Part shown: in pieces, positions 17,557 through 25,679 of the stretch | Layout: every line of letters starts with the position of its first letter | Position numbering within the stretch: position 1 is the first letter of the stretch | NCBI GenBank assembly: GCA_018696595.1 | Contig: JABHQW010000008.1 | Location: forward strand, 363,758 to 427,757 | Reading direction: 5' to 3' | Source of the DNA: Candidatus Woesearchaeota archaeon | Lineage (GTDB): Archaea > Nanobdellota > Nanobdellia > Woesearchaeales > GW2011-AR9 | DNA: 64,000 bases | Position numbers and translations under genes: made by a program | The notes under the pieces: model-generated | Databases searched by the model: none | The model's input: only the letters and a program-made list of their open reading frames with translations | Told to the model about the DNA's origin: nothing

Positions 17557-19320
17557 ATGAAGAAAAGAATAGCTATAATCGATAAGGAGAAATGTCATCC
17601 TAGTGAATGTGGAGATTATCTTTGTGCTAAATTGTGCCCTGTTAATAGAACTGGAACAGATTGTGTCTTGCCACATGAAATACATAAAAAAGCAAAGATT
17701 GACGAATTACTTTGTACTGGCTGTTCTATTTGCTCAAACAGATGTCCTTATCAAGCAATCCAAATTATTAATCTTCCAGAAGCATTAAACAAAGAACCAG
17801 TTCATCGGTTCGGAGAGAATGCTTTTGAATTATTTTCTTTACCAACACCAATCTTTGGTCAAGTTACAGGAATCTTGGGAAAGAATGGTATTGGGAAAAC
17901 TACTGCTTTACAAATTCTGGCAGGATTATTAAAGCCAAACTTAGGCAACTATGAAAAAGAAACTGATTTTAAGGATGTTATCAATTATTTCAAAGGCAGT
18001 GAGACTCAGAAATTCTTAATGAAAATGCATGTTGGCGATATCAAATTATCTTACAAATTGCAACAAGTTGATTTGATTGCTAAACAGTTTACTGGAACCG
18101 TTCGTGAGTTATTAGAAAAAGTTGATGAAAAAAAACAATTAAATGAAGTTGCTCAAGAATTACAATTAACAAGATTCTTAGATACTCCAGTTAACAAAAT
18201 TTCTGGTGGAGAATTACAACGAGTAGCAATTGCTGCTTCTGTATTAAAGAAAGCTAACATTTATTTCTTTGACGAACCTAGCTCTTATCTTGATATTAAG
18301 CAAAGGGTTAACGTTTCTAAATTTATTAGAAATCTAGCAGATGAAGATACTTCAATCATCGTTATTGAACACGATTTAATTATTCTTGATTACATGACAG
18401 ATCTATTGAATTTAATGTACGGGCAAGAATCTGCTTATGGTATTGTTTCTGGGATCAAGAATTCTAGGGAAGGAATCAATGCTTTCTTGGAAGGTTTTCT
18501 GAAAGAAGAAAATATTCGTTTTAGGTCTTATCCTATTAAGTTTGAGAAAGTTCAAGATAGACAAGTGGGAACTCAACAAAAACTAATTTCTTGGAAACAT
18601 TTAAGCAAGAAGTTAGGGAACTTTATTTTGGAATCTGAATCTGGAGAATTATATAAAAACGAGATTATTGGTGTTTTAGGGGAAAATGGAATTGGTAAAA
18701 CTAGTTTTGTAAAAGTATTAGCGGGATTAATTAAACCAGACTCTGGCGAGATTGATTCTGAAATTAAAGTTGCTTACAAACCTCAATACTTAGAAACTGC
18801 TTCAGATGAATTAGTAATGCAATATTTAGATGATGCAGTTCAACAGTATCAAAACCAATTAATTAAACCATTAGATATGGAAAGATTAATGATGAAAAAA
18901 TTGTCTGAACTTTCTGGTGGAGAATTACAAAAAGTATCTATTGTTAAATGTCTGAGTGAAGATGCAGAATTGTTTCTTCTGGATGAGCCTTCTGCTTATC
19001 TAGACGTTGAACAACGATTATTAATCTCTAAAGTAATTAAAAGTTTAACTGCAGAAAGAGAGATTACTGTTTTAGTGGTAGATCACGATTTAATGTTTTT
19101 AGATTATTTGTCTGATCGACTTGCTGTATTTACAGGAGAACCCGCTAAATCTGGTTTATTACAAGGTCCTTTTGATATGGTTGAAGGAATGAATTTGTTT
19201 TTAGAAGAGTTAGGCATTTCATTACGTAGAGATCCAAATTCGCATCGGCCTCGGATTAACAAAGCCGGAAGTGTAAAGGATCGAGAACAACGTGCAGAAG
19301 GAAAGTTGTATTATAACTAA
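17557..19320 (+). CDS. abce1: ribosome recycling ATPase ABCE1/Rli1
   Basis: N-terminal 2x[4Fe-4S] Cys pattern, two ABC domains (GKNGIGKT, GENGIGKT, SGGELQ). Confidence 0.96.
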   Translation: MKKRIAIIDKEKCHPSECGDYLCAKLCPVNRTGTDCVLPHEIHKKAKIDELLCTGCSICSNRCPYQAIQIINLPEALNKEPVHRFGENAFELFSLPTPIFGQVTGILGKNGIGKTTALQILAGLLKPNLGNYEKETDFKDVINYFKGSETQKFLMKMHVGDIKLSYKLQQVDLIAKQFTGTVRELLEKVDEKKQLNEVAQELQLTRFLDTPVNKISGGELQRVAIAASVLKKANIYFFDEPSSYLDIKQRVNVSKFIRNLADEDTSIIVIEHDLIILDYMTDLLNLMYGQESAYGIVSGIKNSREGINAFLEGFLKEENIRFRSYPIKFEKVQDRQVGTQQKLISWKHLSKKLGNFILESESGELYKNEIIGVLGENGIGKTSFVKVLAGLIKPDSGEIDSEIKVAYKPQYLETASDELVMQYLDDAVQQYQNQLIKPLDMERLMMKKLSELSGGELQKVSIVKCLSEDAELFLLDEPSAYLDVEQRLLISKVIKSLTAEREITVLVVDHDLMFLDYLSDRLAVFTGEPAKSGLLQGPFDMVEGMNLFLEELGISLRRDPNSHRPRINKAGSVKDREQRAEGKLYYN

Positions 19321-20351
19321 GAACTAGTTCTCATTGCATTATAATCTACTAGATTAAGAACATAATCAGAAACTTTCCAATTGATTCTTGTAAACTCTCC
19401 AAAATGATCTCCACCGGCTTGGGCTGATGCTTCTTTATCAAGAAGTGCAATTTCTACTTCTGGGGCAACAATCTCAGAAACATCACGATGACGATATTCT
19501 CCACTCCAAATACTTTTGGTGTGGGCAACAAATCTTGGGATCATCGAGTAACGATTACCTCCAACTGCCCTAATGTGCATTTTCCCTTCTGATCTTGCTT
19601 TTTTTGCATAAGGAAAACCCACAAAATTATAACCAAAATAAGGGGTCGTTCCTGCTACTAAAGCATGGATTTGATTTTCTTGTAAGAATCTTTCCCCATC
19701 TCCAAGAGGAAGCCTCATAAATTCTATGTCTTCTTCAAAAATTTCAGCAAGTTCTGCCCCTTGTGGAAAACTAATTTCAAATTTTAGTTTTTTACCAAAA
19801 AAGATTTCTGTAGCAGAAGAAGGGATTGTGCTAAAGTATCCTACTAAACCGTTCAATGGGCTTTGTTTGTACTTTTTTAAAATGATTCCATCCCAACCAG
19901 CCCCGGTTAACATAGAATAAGTTTTCTCTTTTTCTCCTTGAGGGGTGGTTCCAGTAATCTCAATTAACGGGACTTGTATTGTTGGTAATTCATTAACATC
20001 TGTTTCTAAAATCATTTCTAATTGTTCTAAATGGTCTTTACCTGCACCTAATTCATAAGAAATAGCATTACCCGTTCCCAATTTTAATATTGCAAATAAT
20101 TGTTTGTTAAATGACAAACCTAATTCTTCACATAAAAGAATGAATTTATTACTTTCATATCTGATTGTTCCATCTCCTCCTCCAAGAGTAATTACTTGTG
20201 GTTTATCCTGTAAAGTTTTTCTTCTAGGATAATTTCCTGAATATATTTTAACTCTATAGTCTTCAGCAAATCTTTGCTCAATTGCATTAATTATCTTCGG
20301 GGTGAATCTTCCAGCTCTTGGATTTAATTTAGCTACTAGGCTTTCTACCAT
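19317..20351 (-). CDS. diacylglycerol kinase-family lipid kinase
   Basis: GGGDGTI and LGTGNAI motifs; GAGWDG; terminal AGGD. Confidence 0.8.
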   Translation of the reverse strand: MVESLVAKLNPRAGRFTPKIINAIEQRFAEDYRVKIYSGNYPRRKTLQDKPQVITLGGGDGTIRYESNKFILLCEELGLSFNKQLFAILKLGTGNAISYELGAGKDHLEQLEMILETDVNELPTIQVPLIEITGTTPQGEKEKTYSMLTGAGWDGIILKKYKQSPLNGLVGYFSTIPSSATEIFFGKKLKFEISFPQGAELAEIFEEDIEFMRLPLGDGERFLQENQIHALVAGTTPYFGYNFVGFPYAKKARSEGKMHIRAVGGNRYSMIPRFVAHTKSIWSGEYRHRDVSEIVAPEVEIALLDKEASAQAGGDHFGEFTRINWKVSDYVLNLVDYNAMRTSS

Positions 20352-20407
20352 ATTTCCATTTAGAAACGTTTACTTTTATAAAAATAATGAAAAAGAAAAA
20401 TAAAAAA

Positions 20408-20794
20408 TTAAGAAACGATTACGCTACCTTGCATTCCTGGATGGAATTGGCAAAAGTATCTGTACTGTCCTGCTTCAGTAAAGGTGTGAGTTAATGATGT
20501 TGTTCCAATTGGAAGTTTCTCATCAAAATCACCATTTTCAAAAGTTACTGTATGCGCAGTAGAATCTTTGTTAACCCATTCTATAGTGTCACCAACTTTA
20601 AGATCTAAATCAATAGGCATGAATTGAGAATTCTCAATTGCTACTTGGTAAACTTCTCCAGTTGCTACAACTGCAGTATTAGTTTCTTCTACTTCAACTA
20701 CTTCTTCAACATTATCTTCTACTACTTCTGATCCACAAGCCACTAATAGAAACATAACACTTAACAAAGCTATTAACCCTAATATTTTCTTCAT
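20408..20794 (-). CDS. plastocyanin/azurin-type blue copper lipoprotein
   Basis: Start MKKIL at 20794; lipobox LVAC; ligands H (STAHTV), C-x-x-H-x-x-M (CQFHPGM). Confidence 0.88.
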   Translation of the reverse strand: MKKILGLIALLSVMFLLVACGSEVVEDNVEEVVEVEETNTAVVATGEVYQVAIENSQFMPIDLDLKVGDTIEWVNKDSTAHTVTFENGDFDEKLPIGTTSLTHTFTEAGQYRYFCQFHPGMQGSVIVS

Positions 20795-20834
20795 TTTATT
20801 GTCCTCCAAAATATATAAGGTTAAATATTGACGT

Positions 20835-21605
20835 TTATTTAAATATCTTTCTCCAATCTTCCTTATAAAACTTAACAAAGAGATATAGTGCAACAATTAC
20901 CATAATCAAACTAAACCATTGGCCAATCGTTAATTTGAACCATAAAACGTCTTCGCGATAGAAATCTACTAAGAATCTTCCTAATCCTTCCCAAAAAACG
21001 AAGTTCAGAAATATAAACCCTGGCTTAAATGATTTCCAGAATGTTAGCAAGAAAAGCCAACCAGTAACAATAAATCTTTTCCCTGCTGCGTATAATGTAG
21101 ATGGGTGCCTACAACCATCATATCCTTTAAACAATACGCACCACTTACCTTGGAATGGTCTACCAACTAATTCTCCATTAATGAAATTAGCAATTCTTCC
21201 CAAAGCTAAAGCAAACAAGGCGGGAATTGACATAGCATCAGCCAATTTCCAGAAATTAAATCTATGTTTCTTACAATAAATGTAAGCTGCAACTACAATT
21301 CCTACAAATCCACCGTGAAAACTCATCCCTCCTTCCCAAAATTTGAGAAAGTTAAATGGATTTGACAAGTAGTAACTTGGTTGCCAAAAAACTTCAAATA
21401 CTCTTGATCCGATTAATACTCCGACCATCAACCAAAATGCAAAATCCCAGATCTGTTCTTTGTTTAATTCTAGTTTGCCTTTTTTTCTAAGATAATATAA
21501 CCAAGCAATAGACAGAAAGAATCCCAGGACATACATTAGCCCGTACCATCTGATTTCTAACGGCCCTAAGGAAAGTAATGTTGGGTTAAGATTGTGAATG
21601 TACAT
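20835..21605 (-). CDS. lgt: prolipoprotein diacylglyceryl transferase
   Basis: IRWYGLMY, GGMSFHGG, GRIANFINGELVGR, RHPSTLY and GRFLVDFYRE motifs of bacterial Lgt. Confidence 0.93.
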   Translation of the reverse strand: MYIHNLNPTLLSLGPLEIRWYGLMYVLGFFLSIAWLYYLRKKGKLELNKEQIWDFAFWLMVGVLIGSRVFEVFWQPSYYLSNPFNFLKFWEGGMSFHGGFVGIVVAAYIYCKKHRFNFWKLADAMSIPALFALALGRIANFINGELVGRPFQGKWCVLFKGYDGCRHPSTLYAAGKRFIVTGWLFLLTFWKSFKPGFIFLNFVFWEGLGRFLVDFYREDVLWFKLTIGQWFSLIMVIVALYLFVKFYKEDWRKIFK

Positions 21606-21697
21606 GAAGTTTTGTTATCCGTTAACATTTATTAATTCTTTGGTATTAAAAATGATTAGAGGTTAATTTTAAATACTTCCATCTCTTACTTTTATAC

Positions 21698-23071
21698 ATG
21701 AGAAAACTATGGTTTCTTTCAGTACTACTAATTTCTCTATTTCTATTAAGTGGTTGTACATCTGTTAAAGACACATTAGGTATGTGTGGCCATTACTGTG
21801 TCAACAAAGATTGTGGAACTGAAATAAACAATTGTGGTCAAGAGATTGATTGTGGTGGTTGTACTGGTGGACATTCTTGTGAAGATGGTATGTGTGAATT
21901 AAATCCAGAAATCAAAGATAGTGACCCCATTCTAGTACGTCCAAAAATAGACCTAAATCTTCTTTTATCAAATCAAAGAATAACTAATGCCATAGAACTA
22001 AATCCTCTAACTACCACAAATAATTATCAGAAAATTTTGAATGAGAAAATAAGTGATCTTGAAGTTGGAAATACGGCTCATTGGAATAACTTTAGAAGTC
22101 AAGCCAATTGGCAAGAAGAGGATCTATTAGAATTATATTTACAAAAAGTTGCTTTTTCTTTATATATTGAAGCTAATGCTTTAACTCCTTGGAGTATCCT
22201 TGATTATTCGGATGAACACCTCAACTTATTGCTTTCAGATCTGTATGTTGATGATGTTTTAACTGATGTTCCCATGTACCAAAATGGAGGATATTACAAA
22301 GCCAGGAAACAATCTGCATTTAATGGTGACTCTCTAATTGCCTTCAAATATATACAAGAAACGAAACAACAGTATCCACATCTAAAAGTTAAAACCCATA
22401 AAGACTTGCTTGATTTGATTATAATTAGAATGCGTGATGATGAATGGGTCCATTTTGGAAGTGAAGCAGAAGGATGTTCAGATTTTCCTTCTGAGGTTAT
22501 GAATTATGATTTTCAATGTTTATTAGATCTTAAGAAAGGAAGTGATCCACTTACTGCTCATTTTATATTTGCATTATTACAATCAAATAATATTCCCTCG
22601 AAAGAAGTTCCAGTTTATTTGGGTGGACATACCGGAATTATTTATCCAACTCTGGATTTAACTATGGAGGGGAATGCTGTTTATTCTGTGTTAAAAAAAG
22701 GAATATTGACCACAAACAAATTGCCAATTGATAACACTTATTTGGATCTAAATACTTATCTGATTTGGGATCAAGTTCCAACTTGTCAGGCTTTTTATTT
22801 TACAACTAACAAAAACGTTTTAGATTACTTCCAATATATTGGCGATCCTCAATGGAATACAGACATTATTACAACTTACTGTTACACATTTATGGGGAAT
22901 GCGCCAGGAGAATATTTAAGAGAACTAATAAAAACAGGATTTCTTGCTGAAGGTGAGCCTATGAACTGTCAAGATACAGATCCTTCTAAGGATAATTATC
23001 AAGCTCCTCCATTAACTGAAGAAGAATTAGACTTTTATCTTAATCAGATCGCACAAATAGCAAATTGCTAA
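21698..23071 (+). CDS. lipoprotein with Cys-rich linker and transglutaminase-like domain
   Basis: Lipobox LSGC; CGTEINNCGQEIDCGGC repeat; GSDPLTAHFIFALLQSNNIPS...GGH resembles the TG core helix. Confidence 0.7.
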   Translation: MRKLWFLSVLLISLFLLSGCTSVKDTLGMCGHYCVNKDCGTEINNCGQEIDCGGCTGGHSCEDGMCELNPEIKDSDPILVRPKIDLNLLLSNQRITNAIELNPLTTTNNYQKILNEKISDLEVGNTAHWNNFRSQANWQEEDLLELYLQKVAFSLYIEANALTPWSILDYSDEHLNLLLSDLYVDDVLTDVPMYQNGGYYKARKQSAFNGDSLIAFKYIQETKQQYPHLKVKTHKDLLDLIIIRMRDDEWVHFGSEAEGCSDFPSEVMNYDFQCLLDLKKGSDPLTAHFIFALLQSNNIPSKEVPVYLGGHTGIIYPTLDLTMEGNAVYSVLKKGILTTNKLPIDNTYLDLNTYLIWDQVPTCQAFYFTTNKNVLDYFQYIGDPQWNTDIITTYCYTFMGNAPGEYLRELIKTGFLAEGEPMNCQDTDPSKDNYQAPPLTEEELDFYLNQIAQIANC

Positions 23072-23166
23072 CAAATACTGTTTAATCACCTTTCCTCTAC
23101 AGAAAACTTTATATATTCTTCACGATTATATAATCTCATCATAATTAAAAACGAGGGTGAATTATA

Positions 23167-23430
23167 ATGGAAGATAAAGAAAAAAGTTATTCTAAAGAAT
23201 TACTAGGTAAAACAATAGTTTCAAAGTCAGGAAAGAAGTTTGGCGAAGTTGGCGATTTAATTTTTGAAGTTGGTTCTGGTGAACTGATTCATATGCAACT
23301 TAGACATCCTACCTCTTACATTGATAAGATGGAACTAGAAAAAACTAAAGAAGGAAGTATTTTAATCCCCTTCTCCGCAGTTATTGCTTCTGGTGACTTT
23401 ATTGTTGTAGCAGAAGAAGATATAATTTAA
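23167..23430 (+). CDS. PRC-barrel domain protein
   Basis: LLGKTIVSKSGKKFGEVGDLIFE...ILIPFSAVIASGDFIVV. Confidence 0.9.
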   Translation: MEDKEKSYSKELLGKTIVSKSGKKFGEVGDLIFEVGSGELIHMQLRHPTSYIDKMELEKTKEGSILIPFSAVIASGDFIVVAEEDII

Positions 23431-23458
23431 TTTTTTTAATTAATTTTTATTTAGCCAA

Positions 23459-23800
23459 ATGAAAAGTAAAAAAACACAGACTATTCTCATAATTATAGGA
23501 GTTATTTTAGTTTTAATTATTGGTTTATTCTTTTTTGGGAGAATGGTCATTCAAATGAGTGAATCACTTGATGATTATCATCCAATGATGTCAAATATTA
23601 ATTCTACAAATTCATTAGGAGAAAGTTTAGAATATTGTAATACATTTGATGAAACAAAACGAAAAGATTCCTGCCTCTATATTGCAGGCTATTATTACAA
23701 TGACACTTCTGTTTGTGAAACAATTAAAGGTTTGAAACAGGAAACTTGTGAGACTCGTTTATCTTACAGATTAATGATTAAAGAGATTAAACAATCATAA
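23459..23800 (+). CDS. membrane-anchored hypothetical protein (Cys-containing)
   Basis: N-terminal TM; C..KDSC..C..C pattern. Confidence 0.65.
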   Translation: MKSKKTQTILIIIGVILVLIIGLFFFGRMVIQMSESLDDYHPMMSNINSTNSLGESLEYCNTFDETKRKDSCLYIAGYYYNDTSVCETIKGLKQETCETRLSYRLMIKEIKQS

Positions 23801-23894
23801 ATAATTAATTACTTTTTTATTATCTATTTCTAATCATAATAATGTATATAAGGTAACAATCTATTCTTATTACTTGGGGTGATTAGAATTAAAA

Positions 23895-23914
23895 CAAAAA
23901 TTCTAGAATTTTTG
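23895..23914. promoter_or_regulatory. perfect 20-bp palindrome in the purB-purA leader
   Basis: CAAAAATTCTAGAATTTTTG between the TATA (~23845) and ATG 23954. Confidence 0.5.
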
Positions 23915-23953
23915 GGATCTGGTTCGCCTCTTAAAATTAGGGAGATGAATTAA

Positions 23954-25678
23954 ATGACGGCTCACCATAAATCAGAAGACTTAAATTTACATTCTTTAAA
24001 GGCTATTTCTCCAATTGATGGTAGACATAGATTAATGACCGAACCATTGGCAGATTGGTTCTCAGAATTTGCATTGTTTAAGTACAGGCTTCATATGGAA
24101 GTTGAGTACTTAATTGCATTATCGGAAAATGAACCGTTCAATGCAGTAAGAAATTTCACTTTAGAAGAAAAAGATTTCTTAAAAGGAATTGTGCGTAACT
24201 TTACTTTACAGGATGCACAAGTAATTCAGAACATTGATCGGTTTGGTTATCAAGAAATGAAACCGACTAACCATGATTGTAAATCTGTAGAATATTTTCT
24301 TAAAAGAAAACTTGAAGAAAGTTCATTAACAGATGTAAAAGAATTTGTTCATTTTGGTTTAACTTCAGAAGATATGAATAATATTGCTCACAATTGTATG
24401 ATTAATGGAGCATTAAATCAACATTATATCCCAAATTTAGTTTCTTTACTGGATGAATTAAAAGGACTAGCAGAATCAGAAAAGTCTACCGCTATGTTAA
24501 GTAGAACTCATGGCCAACCGGCAACTCCAACAACAGTTGGTAAAGAGATGGCTAATTATCTTGACAGATTAAGAAAACAGTTAATCAAACTTAAACAATT
24601 TAAATTACCTGCAAAATGTAATGGTGCTGTTGGCAATCATGCTGCCCAATATTTTGCTGCAGGAGAAGTTAATTGGATGTCTTTTACTGAAAAATTTATC
24701 ACAGATCTTGGTTTTGAAGCAAATTTAATGAGTACACAAATTGAGTTTCATGATGGTTTAACAGAATTGTTTAGCATTATGATTAGTATCAATAATATTC
24801 TAAAAGATTTAGCGATGGACTTTTGGACTTATATCTCTTTGGGATATTTACAACAACAAAAGATTATTCATGAAGTTGGTAGTTCAACAATGCCACATAA
24901 GATTAATCCTTGGCGGATGGAAGTTGCTGAAGGTAGTGTAGCAGAAGCAAACGCTAAGTTGATTGGATTTATCAACAAGTTGCAAGTTTCTAGATTACAA
25001 AGAGATTTGTCGGATCATGAAGCACAAAGAGCGATAGGAGTTGGGTTTGCTCATTCTTATTTAGTAGTTCTACATGTTTTAGAAGAATTAGAAAGATTAC
25101 AGGTAAATAAGGAAAAAGTTTCTTCTGAACTGAAAGATTTTGGTAGTATTTTAACAGAAGCTGTTCAGACTTTACTGAGAAAAGAAGGGTACGAACAGCC
25201 TTATGAATTAATGAAAGATTTTTCTCGGGGCAGACATTGTACTGTTCAAGAACTGCACACTTTTGTTGACCAGTTAGATATTAAAGAAGAAACTAAATTG
25301 AAACTAAAACAATTAAGACCAGAGAATTATATTGGGTTGAGTAAAGAATTAACAGAGTTAGCAATTGGAAAATGGGAAGAGTTCAAAGAAGAATATGAAG
25401 AACCGTTACCTGCAGTAAGAAAAGTCTTCTTAGCCCCAGAAGTAAAGAACTTTGAGATTATCGAAAGATTAAAACAAATGGAGATTGAAGTTCTCGATGA
25501 ACTTACTGAAGAAAAAGGTATTTTATACATTGGTCCAATCAATGCTCAGTTTGAAGAAGCAAAAGAGAAAGGCTTTATTTGTGTGAATTACGATCCTAAT
25601 CGAAAAACTAAGGCTGATTACAACATTGTTGATCTGGCAGAATTGCCAGACTTGATTAATTCTTTTGGAGGTGACTAA
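23954..25678 (+). CDS. purB: adenylosuccinate lyase with C-terminal HAD-like remnant
   Basis: AISPIDGR, HFGLTSEDMNN, SRTHGQPATPTT, GSSTMPHKINP. Confidence 0.93.
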   Translation: MTAHHKSEDLNLHSLKAISPIDGRHRLMTEPLADWFSEFALFKYRLHMEVEYLIALSENEPFNAVRNFTLEEKDFLKGIVRNFTLQDAQVIQNIDRFGYQEMKPTNHDCKSVEYFLKRKLEESSLTDVKEFVHFGLTSEDMNNIAHNCMINGALNQHYIPNLVSLLDELKGLAESEKSTAMLSRTHGQPATPTTVGKEMANYLDRLRKQLIKLKQFKLPAKCNGAVGNHAAQYFAAGEVNWMSFTEKFITDLGFEANLMSTQIEFHDGLTELFSIMISINNILKDLAMDFWTYISLGYLQQQKIIHEVGSSTMPHKINPWRMEVAEGSVAEANAKLIGFINKLQVSRLQRDLSDHEAQRAIGVGFAHSYLVVLHVLEELERLQVNKEKVSSELKDFGSILTEAVQTLLRKEGYEQPYELMKDFSRGRHCTVQELHTFVDQLDIKEETKLKLKQLRPENYIGLSKELTELAIGKWEEFKEEYEEPLPAVRKVFLAPEVKNFEIIERLKQMEIEVLDELTEEKGILYIGPINAQFEEAKEKGFICVNYDPNRKTKADYNIVDLAELPDLINSFGGD

Positions 25679-25679
25679 A

